From Octopus vulgaris (taxonomy: Eukaryota), in assembly GCA_951406725.2 (NCBI GenBank), contig OX597818.1:59086001-59150000 (forward strand): DNA of 64,000 nucleotides. The letters run 5' to 3'. A program made the position numbers and the translations under genes. Below are positions 52,908-64,000 of this stretch, piece after piece. The notes beneath the pieces were generated by a model that searched no databases, was not told the DNA's origin, and saw only the letters and a program-made list of their open reading frames with translations. Within the stretch, counting starts at the first letter, position 1. Each line of letters opens with the position of its first letter.

Positions 52908-53325
52908 GGACTATTTCGGTTTGAACGGCAGTTTTTAACATAATTTCTAGGTAACTAAAAAATTTTAAACTTCGTATACTGGTAGAATGTGTTTATAAAA
53001 CATCATTTTCTCTTGGCTTTCTTGAAAAATTTCTGTAGTTTGTAATATATTTTGTCTTTAATCTCTTGCATTTCGGCAATTTTAACCAATCAATGACCGT
53101 CTATTGAGTCGAAGCATTCTGTGCCGTATGAATATGTCCCTCGTTTAAGAAACAGATTGGGTTTATTTACATTTGTGAAGAAAAAAGATACCCTTCCCCC
53201 AGCCCTAACCCTAAGTTAGGGTTAGGGTTAGGGGTGGGGGAAGGGTATATTTTTTTCTTCACAAATGTAAATAAACCCAGTCTGTTTCTTAAACGAGGGA
53301 CATATTCATACGGCACAGGATGCTT
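52908..53325. mobile_element. Foldback DNA element with a 214-bp near-palindrome centred on telomere-like repeats
   Basis: 53112-53214 versus 53216-53325 inverted; centre (CCCTAA)2-g-(TTAGGG)3; upstream aaacttcgtatactggtag motif. Confidence 0.8.
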
Positions 53326-53584
53326 TCATCAGGCCTCTATATCACTTTCTCATAGTATGATACTATAAACTATATTTTAACTTTTTAAACAAATAAGTAT
53401 GTGTAAAATAGGTTCGCCGGACCCTACTAAATATAAAATACGAATGGAAATAAAAATTTACTAAAACTATTTTCTCACGTAACTTATGTCTATAGATATA
53501 AAATTAATAATATATAGGGATAAAATAAAATATATACTTGTAATGATAAAAATGATATAAAATGAAAGGAATGGCAAAAAGATA

Positions 53585-53966
53585 TCTTTATATATAAAAG
53601 AGAAGTTGTGTGTCTGTCTCCTACGATTTAGATTCCTAACTACTCCCACATTTTGCGGTGCAGTTTAACCAAAACCGGGTATCTTATAGTCGTGATTCAT
53701 ATCGAGCCCTTCTGGGTATTAGCGCGCGTCTACGATGAGTCTATGATTAAAAAAAAAAATTACCATCATTTTTTCCATTTTAATGCATTTTTTCGCTATT
53801 ATATAAGGGATGTAACTCTCTAAAAATGTCTACGATGAGTCAAAGATTTAAAAAACTTTACCATCATTTGTTTTCCATTTTTGCTATTTTTTTACTATAA
53901 CTCTCTAAAAATGCTTATATAGTTATTTCCCTTACAAACCCGAGCAACGCCGGGCGATACTGCTAG
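53585..53966 (+). mobile_element. Non-autonomous Helitron H1
   Basis: 5' TC, 3' hairpin and CTAG, A|T target. Confidence 0.92.
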
Positions 53967-54544
53967 TATTCGAATAAAAATGGAAGCAATGACGAATAAA
54001 TATTTTCGAATAAAAACTATAGTACGAATGACGAAATGCAAAATTTACAAATGATAATTAAAATTTTACTAAGTAAATATAACTTAAGGGTAACCTAAAA
54101 AATATATATACAAATCATCGTTGTCTCCATTGTCCGACTACGTCTTAATTACGGCTTGACATCGCAACCTATTAACCTATCTACCTATCTATATTTCTAT
54201 CTATCCATCTCCATTCAATTGAAACCTCATCTCCATTCAATTGGAACCTCATCTCCCAAAAAAGAAAACAAAAAACAAAGTTCTCTTCTAAACAAAACCC
54301 TGAAAAAACATCCGTTTTAAATTACAGAACATACTGTTTGTAGATTCACAAAATTGTATTTGTTGTGGAGAGGAACGAAAGCGCCATAATAATGAAGAAA
54401 TATAAGGATTTATTTCCAAAATACTGACGGCCTCGCTCTCTCACTCTCTCTCGCTATATATATATAAATGTATGTATAAATATAGTCCACAGATGAGTAC
54501 CAGAGATTTCCAGTATATGTATCTAATATGTAAGACATTCTTTA

Positions 54545-54768
54545 ATTCTTTCATTTGTTTCAGTCATTTGACTGCGGCCATGCTGGAGCACTGCCTTTAG
54601 TCGAACAAATCGACCCCAGGACGTATTCTTTGTAAGCCTAGTATTTATTCTATCGGTCTCTTTTTCCGAACCGCTAAGTTACGTGATCATAAACACACCA
54701 GCATCGGTTGCCAAGCGATGTTGAGGGGGGCAAACAGAAACAGAAAAACATATACACATACCCCACCC

Positions 54769-54804
<36 letters not shown>

Positions 54805-54966
54805 GAAGGGTTTCTTTCAATTTCCGTCTACCAAATCCACTGACAATGCTTTGGTCTGCCCGAGGCTATAGTAGAAGACATTTGCTTACGGCTCCATGTC
54901 GTCGGACTGAACCCGTAACGATGTGGTTAGAAAGTAAGCTACTTACTACACAGCCACTGCTGCGCC
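54545..54966 (-). mobile_element. SINE-C, older copy
   Basis: Homologous to 21612-22018. Confidence 0.88.
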
Positions 54967-55799
54967 TATACATTATTAACATTCCATTTTTAACATTTCG
55001 TAATAGAAAGCGGGGTGCCATTTCTTTTCATATTCGTAATATTTTAAGAAATATAGGCTGACGAATTCAGCTGACTCTTTGATATAAACTTTCGCAAAAT
55101 GTTTGCCGTTCTATTATAAGATATTTAGATTAACGAACGATACATCCTTGCAATTAATTTACATCTCCTGATGGGATTGTGTCATTGGTAATGTATCCCC
55201 TTTAATTGCTCTCAGAACTTATGCTTATAATTCAACTAATACCAAGAGCGTAAGTAAATCGCTGAGGTCGATTTGCATATATTATTCATTCCAATCACAT
55301 CGTTTGAATAATGAATGTTTGATATTGTTACATGAGCAGTGTTTAGTTTTAATACGATATTGTACAGTCTATTAGGTTTACGTAAGAACTTAATGATGAT
55401 GAGCTTATAAGGATTGTCACTAGAGGGAGATAATGAGAACAGGTAGTCGCTGATGAAATCACGACGGTATATTTCGAATTGGATCGGGTGATCTTTCTAA
55501 TTATCTCAATCAAAGCAAGATTTTCCCACCTACATAAAGGTACAAGCTTTACAAATAAATAACTATACATAATCTTAGTTCTACCAGTAAATTGCTTTAT
55601 ATTCTCAAATCATTCCATCCTCTTTACTTAAGATCTTGAGATGATTTTATAAGTAATGCTCCCTTGGGCAGCTAAAGCAAGTAATTTCCTCGAAGCGGAA
55701 TCCCCAAAAAGGATACAAGCCATCGAATAATTTATCGAAACATGAAAAACGAATTCTTATGTTAAACAATTAGAGTTTGGTGGTAAAATTATACAAATA

Positions 55800-56210
55800 G
55801 GCGCAGGAGTGACTGTGTGGTAAGTAGCTTGCTAACCAACCACATGGTTCCGGGTTCAGTCCCACTGCGTGGCATCTTGGGCAAGTGTCTTCTGCTATAG
55901 CCCCGGGCCGACCAATGCCTTGTGAGTAGATTTGGTAGACGGAAACTGAAAGAAGCCTGTCGTATATATGTATATATGTGTATGTATGTATATGTATATG
56001 TTTGTGTGTCTGTGTTTGTCCCCCTAGCATTGCTTGACAACCAATGCTGGTGTGTTTACGTCCCCGTCATCAGTGGTTCGGCAAAAAAGAGACCGATAGA
56101 ATAAGTACTGGGCTTACAAAGAATAAGTCCCGGGGTCAATTTGCTCGACTAAAGGCGGTGCTCCAGCATGGCCGCAGTCAAATGACTGAAACAAGTAAAA
56201 GAGTAAAATA
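55800..56210 (+). mobile_element. SINE-C, full length
   Basis: ggcgcaggagtgactgtgtggtaag head, B-box ggttcagtccc, CORE-like cttgggcaagtg, tail ggtgctccagcatggccgcag...gtaaaagagtaaaa. Confidence 0.92.
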
Positions 56211-56529
56211 GTAATTATTCTGTATTACAGGACAATAACGAGACGATACATTATTCTGGTGCCTGTGTGCGTGTATCTTGATGGAGATATGTGTGTGTGC
56301 GTTTGTGTTTATGTGTGTTTGGTGTGTGTGTTTGTAATATGATCTGATTAGAATAGTGAAGTGACTGAAAGATTCAATAATCCATTAATCGACAGCTGCT
56401 TTGCAATCCTTATTAGATATATATATATAAGCGATGCTTCATCAAGCGTCTCACATACTCATACATACGCACCTTTGTTATTCAAGTACTATTTTACCAC
56501 TCTGATTTGCACGTATGTGCTCACCTGTA

Positions 56530-56914
<385 letters not shown>

Positions 56915-56921
56915 CGATGAG

Positions 56922-57334
56922 ACGATAAGAAATGGAGCAATTAACAATCAGAAGTGGATCGTTGGCGTTTATTTAATTATGATGAGAGTATGTTTACAGC
57001 TGAGGTAAATTTCTATTTACCTCGTTACAATTGAGAGACATCTTAAGAACGGTTATATAGCAAAAGATAAATAACAGGAAAATAGAAAGAAAATATAAGG
57101 AAAGGAAATGAAAAAAGGAATAATGTTCCTTTCCTTACCTTATATTTTCTTTGTGTTTTCTTTCTATTTATCTTTTACCATATAACCGTTCTGAAGATGT
57201 CCATCAATTGTAACGGGATAAAAACAAATATACCCCAGCATGATATCCAAAACCACCTGTAAACATACTCTCGTATTAATTAAATAATGACCAATCATCC
57301 ATTGCTTACTGTTAATTGGTCCATTTCTTGTCGT
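56922..57334. mobile_element. MITE or foldback element (imperfect palindrome of about 410 bp)
   Basis: acgataagaaatggagcaattaaca / tgttaattggtccatttcttgtcgt; gagagtatgtttacag / ctgtaaacatactctc; agaacggttata / tataaccgttct. Confidence 0.8.
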
Positions 57335-57482
57335 GTCTATTTGTATTAAACCACGGTTTTACTTTAAAATTATCTACTACCGTATACCTTACAGCAAGGA
57401 TCACACATACTGAGGTAATACCAGAAGTGCCTATGGGTACCTCTGCCCCTTACAATGTTCTATTACCTCTAACATATCTTAC

Positions 57483-57552
<70 letters not shown>

Positions 57553-58089
57553 TATATGTATATATATCTATATTTATGAGTGTATACATACATAGATATA
57601 TATGTATATACGTATGTGTGTATGCATATATGTACGTATGTATGTACGTATGTATGTATGTATGTATGTATGCATGCATGTATGTATGTATGTATGTATG
57701 CACGCAGTCATATTTCACTCTACGTTGTTCGTTAATTGGTTCCAGGAGACACGACTTAACTGGAATGTACCTTTCTGTAGACTAAGCTGATAATAACCAT
57801 TCCCAGTTCCGTACTTTATTTATGATTGCATTTTCAATAATACATGGTTAAAAAACAACTATTTTAAGCTTACAAACAAATAATTTTTATTTCATAATAC
57901 AATACAGTAAGAAGAATGTAATCTAGATTTACGAATACAATTTTGCGGTGTTTATGATTGCGGTTTCCAATAAAACATGGTAAAATAAAAGCCTTTTTCA
58001 GCATAAAAAACACATTCAGGAATGATTATCAGGCTGCAATTGTAAGAAAAATTAATTCATTTTAAATTTATCAAAACATACATACAATT

Positions 58090-59770
58090 TAGGGGTTTAC
58101 ATCGCGGATGTAGATGGGTGTGCATCGTCAATATCAGCAGCTGATTCTGGCTGTTCTTGTTGTTCGATGCGCTTAAAATAATGGTTGAGAGTTCCTTGAA
58201 CTGTCTTATTTATTTTCCTCAAGGATTATATCATAAAGTGCAAAAGTTTCATGACAAGCCGCCATAATCTTAGAAATGCGTTTAGCATTTGCATCCATGT
58301 CCTCGAACATAGAAAAACCTTTTTCGATATATTCAAACGCTTGCTACATTTTCTTAATGGCAAAGTGACATGGTTCAGGTTCGAATTCCTCTTCTTCTTT
58401 ATTTTGTTGCTCGTGAATCTCTATTTTATCCTTGTTCGATTTTTCCCAATAAATCTGTGAATTCCTCCTCCTCCTCCAAATCCATTTCCAGTTCTTTGCT
58501 CGTAGTTACCAACGTTTTGTTGATGGCAACATAATTAAACGCCTTAAAGTCATTCACTAATTGTAGGCAAAACTTCTTCCAAAGACCATTCATAGCCGTA
58601 CTCTGTGCATCATTCCATACCGCTGCTATGTTCTTATAGACATCGTATCTTTTCTAAAAGTCACAAAATGGGATGGACTCATCAAGATCAGTTGCAGCTA
58701 TTGATTGACCCAACGAACGCTTCATATAGTAACGCTTGAAGCTAGCAAGGATTCCCTGTTTCATTGACTGCAGACGAGACGTGGTGTTCAGAGGGAGGTA
58801 TAAGATGGTAACGTTGGGGTCTAAATCTACGATGTTTTGCAGGTGGCCAGGAGCATTATCTAAGATAAATAAATCCCTAAAAGGAATCTAAGATAAGTAA
58901 AATCTCAAAAGGGGTCCCCTTCTCTTTACGTCTCTGCTGCTGGGATATAATGATTGAAGAATTTTCCAAAACAAGAACAGTAACCCATGCTTTTGTAATA
59001 GCCATCCATATAACAGGGAGAGATGCTTTGGGTATGTTTTTCAAAGCACACCAGTTGTGTGCATGATACACAAGCAATAGCTTTAACTTAAAATCTCCTG
59101 CACAATTACCTTCCAACATAATGGTCATACCTTCTTTTGAGAACTTATAACCTGGAATAGGTTTCTCCTCATTAGAAGTGAATGAACGGTCTGGCAATTT
59201 TTTCGTATACAATTCAGTTCGTTTACGTTAAAAAAATTTTCTGGAAGAAACGCGTTTTCTTCGATGATTTTCTTTAATGCATTAGGAAATTCCACGGCTG
59301 CTTCTTCGTCAGCTGATGCACTTTCACTTTGCTTCTTAATGGAGTGATAACTTCGCTCCTTAAATCTCCTGAACCATCCTTGACTTGCTTTGAACTCTAC
59401 ATCTTTCTCATCTGTATATTTTTTCTTCAGTTCCTCACACAAAGACAATGATTACTCTTGAATTATAGCAAACTGAAGATTAAACACGACAATCAAAAGA
59501 GAAAGAACATTTTCCATTTCTTCAAAAATGTTGCTTCTTTTCTTATTGATGACAGCCTTCTTCATCCCTGGGGCATCGGATTTCATATGTGCTAAACTTT
59601 TGTCCTTATTATATACAATCGTCGATACAGCTGTCAGACTCATCCCTAAACATTGTGCAATTGTTACCTATTTTTCACCTTTTTCAAGGCGTTTTATCCT
59701 AAACCAGTTTATCTTCCAGCGTTATAGCATGACGCTTAGCACCTTCGCTACGAATTTTCTTAGGGGACAT
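58090..59770 (-). pseudogene. pogo/Tigger-family (CENP-B/TIGD-like) transposase pseudogene
   Basis: MSPKK...AITLEDKL, MSLTAVSTI (HTH), FKASQGWFRRFK, ESASADEEAAVEF, GNCAGDFKLKLLLVY, KAWVT, LDNAPGH, LPLNTTSRLQSM..G..ASFKRYY; multiple frameshifts and stops. Confidence 0.92.
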
Positions 59771-60164
59771 GGAAGCAAACAATAAAGTCACAAATGAACG
59801 AGAATGGAAAGAAGCCGATACACGGACGTAAATATTAGCTGGTAATATGCCATACGGTTTCACCGTTTTGTCCACATATAATAGCGTCTGGTGTTAAGAA
59901 GCGAAACCCAATGTGTGTGCTCCGAAAGATAAAGATTTGTAGGTAAGAGGTTACAAAATATCCAAAATGAATTACAATATTCTTAAAATTGTCTTTTCTT
60001 TCTGTGTTGTAACGGATTACCTGTAACTGAATCATAGATTTAGCCTAATCTATATCAGTACGTACGAAAACTGTCCCGCAGCCACGGTGAGAATGTTAGG
60101 TGTACATCTCTTTCTGGTTGGACTTTGTCAGCACCATTTATCCACTGCCAGCCGCATACTATGA

Positions 60165-60544
60165 CAAGCTTTGGACGTTATCAAAGAAGCTTGAGAGGCG
60201 GTTGGATAGAACTTACACTCATCTCCTTATGAGAGCTCAAAAGCGTCATCCAACCAAAGTAAGAATATATGGGAAATTACCACCTGTATCATCTCTTGTA
60301 AAAGGTAGAAGAGTCCAGTTTGCTGGACATTGTTGTAGGGCTGAAAACGAGGTAATTTCTACTCTTCCTTCTGGAAACCATCTGTCGCGATTCCAGAGGG
60401 CGCACACTCTCCTACCCTGATGTAATCTCCAGGGATACAGGCATCCAGCAACAGGACCTCCGTAATGTTATGATGGACCGTGAAGTCCGGCGTTACATAG
60501 TAAATTCCATTGTCTCGACCACGGTCGAACAATGATGATGATGA
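60165..60544 (+). mobile_element. RTE-clade LINE 3' fragment with (TGA)n tail
   Basis: WTLSKKLERRLD.TYT.LL...YGKLPPVS..VKGRRVQFAGHC.R...YPDVISRDTG...MMDRE; tail tgatgatgatga. Confidence 0.88.
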
Positions 60545-61574
60545 GAAGCTTCGTTGCTAGTAGTACAGAAAAATCACTGATGTTGCGATTAGCAACCCGG
60601 TTGAATAAAAATTCGTTATGTGCCACAGATATTGCATTAGATAAAAATTAGGATTTTTGTGTCAGAACGTGGTTATAACACATACACAGGAGAAAAACTC
60701 AGAAATTTGGAAATAGTAGCGATTACTCTTAACTTTTATTTTCTTGATCACAATCTAATTTGTTAAATAAAAATGAAAGGTTATCTTTCGCCTTATAGTG
60801 CAATGATAGTAAAGTCAGTTTGAACACCTGTGATCGTAGATCTATTCAGTAATGATTAATCGATGTGAAGAGTTTAAATAATGATAAAAAAATACAGTAA
60901 TAAAAACAGGAGTAACAAGAACAACAAAAACAGCAAAAGCTACAAAAATGAAACATGGCGAACAGTAGCAGAAAATCTAAACTGAACGCATGTATTTACA
61001 GAAAAGCTTGCACCAGTCGATCTAGCATAATTTCTAAGACTACAGCATTGCCTCTTGATATATTTCAATATATTTGCTTTATACCTTTTTCCTCCTCGAC
61101 ATCGTATTTCTAGCGGTCGTTTATGCAGTCTTTCTTCTTTCTCTCTTTTCTTACTTTGCTTCATCTTAACGTCGTGCTGAGTGTCGTTGAAATAATCCTA
61201 TTTATAGGAAACTACAACAAACAAACACACCAACACAACAAAACATTTATAATGAACGTAGTTCACTCAGTACATAGAAGGATAAGTTTATCTGGGAGAG
61301 TAGGAGACTAGTAACAAAGTACATGTGATCTGTAATCCAAAACGATGCAGTAATGGTTGATAAACTGCCGGCGTGGTGATGGAGGTCGAACGATGCTTAG
61401 GCATAATGCAGCAATCGATATATCAGAGATGGTAGAGACAATGGCAGCGGCGGATTTTGTATGAGACGGCGGCAGGGAAGATATTCGTTGAAGAATAAAG
61501 GTTCGGTTGGTTTGTTGGTGATGACTGTCGTAAAGATGACGGATGTTGGTGGTGGCCATGGTTATCATGAGAAT

Positions 61575-61616
61575 GGGAGTGATCATGATGACGACAGTGA
61601 TGATGACGATGACGCT

Positions 61617-61650
<34 letters not shown>

Positions 61651-61717
61651 ACGATGATGATGATGATGATGATGACGATGATGTTGTTGATGACGATGGA
61701 GATGACGATGATGATAA

Positions 61718-61752
<35 letters not shown>

Positions 61753-62868
61753 ATGATGAAGATGATGATAATAATGACGATGTTGATGGTGATGACAATG
61801 GTGATGATGACGCTGATGATGAGGAGGATGATGATGATGATGACGACGATGATGAAGATGACAATGGTGATGATGACGCTGATGATCAGGAGGATGACGA
61901 TGATGATGACGATGATGATGGCGATGATGATGATGATGATGATGATGTTGATGATGCTAATGATGATGACGACGATGATAACGATGCCGATGATGATAAT
62001 GATGATGATGAATATCACGCTGACAACGACGAACACAATAACGATGAGGATGACGATGACAACGACTATTATGAAGTTGATGATGATGATGATGATGATG
62101 ATTACTGTCGAAGAGACTAGGCTGTAGGTGGCGCTGGTGGTATTCATGTTGAGAACGGGATCGATAATGATGACATTGACGACGGTGATGATGGTGATGA
62201 TAACGACAACGATGTTGTTGATGACGACGGCCATGATTATAACGATGCTGATGCCGAAACTGACCATCACGATGACGATTATGAAGTTGACAGTCGCATT
62301 ATTAGTGACCGCGAGGAGGATACGGCTTATCTTGACTTAGATTGATGTTGTTGTAGCTGATGCAGTTGATAACCATGGCAGTGGGGGGGATTATCATCCG
62401 TCTTTCGTCGTCGCCTACGTCACCATCATCGTCATCATGATAATTATCATCATCATCATCATCATCGTCGTCGTAGTCGTTGTCATTATCGTCAGCATCA
62501 TCATCGTAGTCATTATCATCGTCGTCGTCGTCGTCGTCATCTGCATCATCATTATTATCATCACAATCATCGTCGTCGTCACCTTCATCTCCCTCCTCAT
62601 CATAAACATCGTAATCCTCATCGGCATTATCATCATCAGCAGCAGCAGCATAATCATCATCATCATCATCGTCGTCGTCGTCGTCGTCATCATCATCATC
62701 GTCATCATCCTCATCATCATCATAATAATCATCATCATCATTATCATCATCATCCTCATCATGAACAGGAGTTACAGGGTCAAGCAACGTGAACGTTAAC
62801 CTCCTGCAAAAACGGTTGTATTGATGAGCAGCACTGTTGTGATGATGATGTTGTTGATGACGATGATG

Positions 62869-62919
<51 letters not shown>

Positions 62920-62930
62920 TTGATGATGAC
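61575..62930. repeat. Degenerate (GAT)n / (ATC)n / (GAT)n trinucleotide field
   Basis: GAT-type at about 61575-62290, ATC-type at about 62400-62760, GAT-type at about 62840-62930. Confidence 0.95.
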
Positions 62931-63339
62931 AACGAAGACTGCTTCCACAATGCCAATGGTAAGTAGGATGATACCGGATTAAAAGTCTGTGATCAGTACA
63001 TTCGTTTTCTTACCCGCAAATACTCCGGAAACAAAGAGAGACAGCTTGTCGAAGTGGATTTTGCACGAAGGCGGAAGGAAAAGTAAATAACTCGGCTAAT
63101 ATGTTCTGCGTCAATAATATTGCTTCACACCAACGCAGTGAATAATGTCTCCACCTCATAAATCAGTCTCGTCACCAACGCAACCGGCCGAATATAATCA
63201 TCAACTTACAACCATTTCCAACCACAAATACTATAGCCATAAAATATTCTAGCGCGAAAATGACACTATGTGCCGAAAATGGTGTCACACCGTGTTACCA
63301 ACGTCGTTACCGCCGACGCCAACATCATTAACCACAAAG

Positions 63340-63522
<183 letters not shown>

Positions 63523-64000
63523 ATTTTGCTAGTGAACACATAGAAAAATGTGCAGGTAACATCAAACCAAATTTTACAGTCTTCCCTTTCTACCAGTGCA
63601 AAAACACAATCTCTCAACTAGAACGCTTAAATAAAGAAACTTTTTCATTGAAAAATACAAAACGCGTCTTACTAAGCACGCATAACCAATTTTTATAGTT
63701 TTACATATTACATCACTGTACATAAATCCCCTACTAAACAAGACCCCCTTTTTTTTAAACCTGTCTCTTTTCTGTACACATATTTTTCCCCAGCCAAAAC
63801 CTAAACAGTTATCTCCCCTACACACAACTATAACAATGATAACAACCAATTACCTCCCTTTACTTGTCAACTTGTAAAATCATTCACTCGTGAATCTCAT
63901 TATAAACAACATGGACCCATTTTCTTCTTAAGAAAAATTATAGTCTCATATATAATTAAACATTGTATCATGAATAGCGATTGCGAAACCGGTCGATACA

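Noticed and set aside
53203-53233. Telomere-telomere fusion site
   Set aside because: The order is CCCTAA then TTAGGG, opposite to an end-to-end fusion, and it lies inside a repeat-family palindrome.
58090-59770. Domesticated TIGD/CENP-B-like host gene
   Set aside because: Multiple frameshifts and stops and a degraded DDE region indicate a transposon fossil.
61543-62127. Met-rich ORF as a reflectin-like protein
   Set aside because: It is the ATG frame of (GAT)n and lacks the Tyr/Arg/Trp content and reflectin repeat motif.

Overview
This is AT-rich, microsatellite-dense animal genomic DNA, not prokaryotic sequence. The repeat families suggest an octopus or other coleoid cephalopod, which is an inference I could not check. 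I found no intact host protein-coding gene, and nearly all listed ORFs are artefacts of (TA)n, (TG)n, (AAT)n, (GAT)n or (ACT)n repeats. The window looks intronic or intergenic and is packed with mobile DNA: three tRNA-derived SINE families (called A, B and C here), non-autonomous Helitrons, and foldback or MITE elements. It also holds decayed Tc1, mariner, pogo/Tigger and piggyBac transposases, CR1/L2, RTE and R4/Dong LINE 3' ends, and many Penelope-like remnants in (TA)n. The main signals are: (1) several unrelated minimal type-I hammerhead ribozyme motifs, two with canonical catalytic cores (12845-12934 +, 16772-16854 -) and one with a compensatory G3-C8 core swap (4843-4893 +); (2) SINE-A inserting into itself at fixed internal sites to build head-to-tail arrays, with one case preserved with a 13-bp TSD; (3) an inverted SINE pair identical over 163 bp; (4) a Helitron-like 5' end joined to a piggyBac fragment. 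Repeat boundaries were read by eye and are approximate unless a TSD or terminus is quoted.
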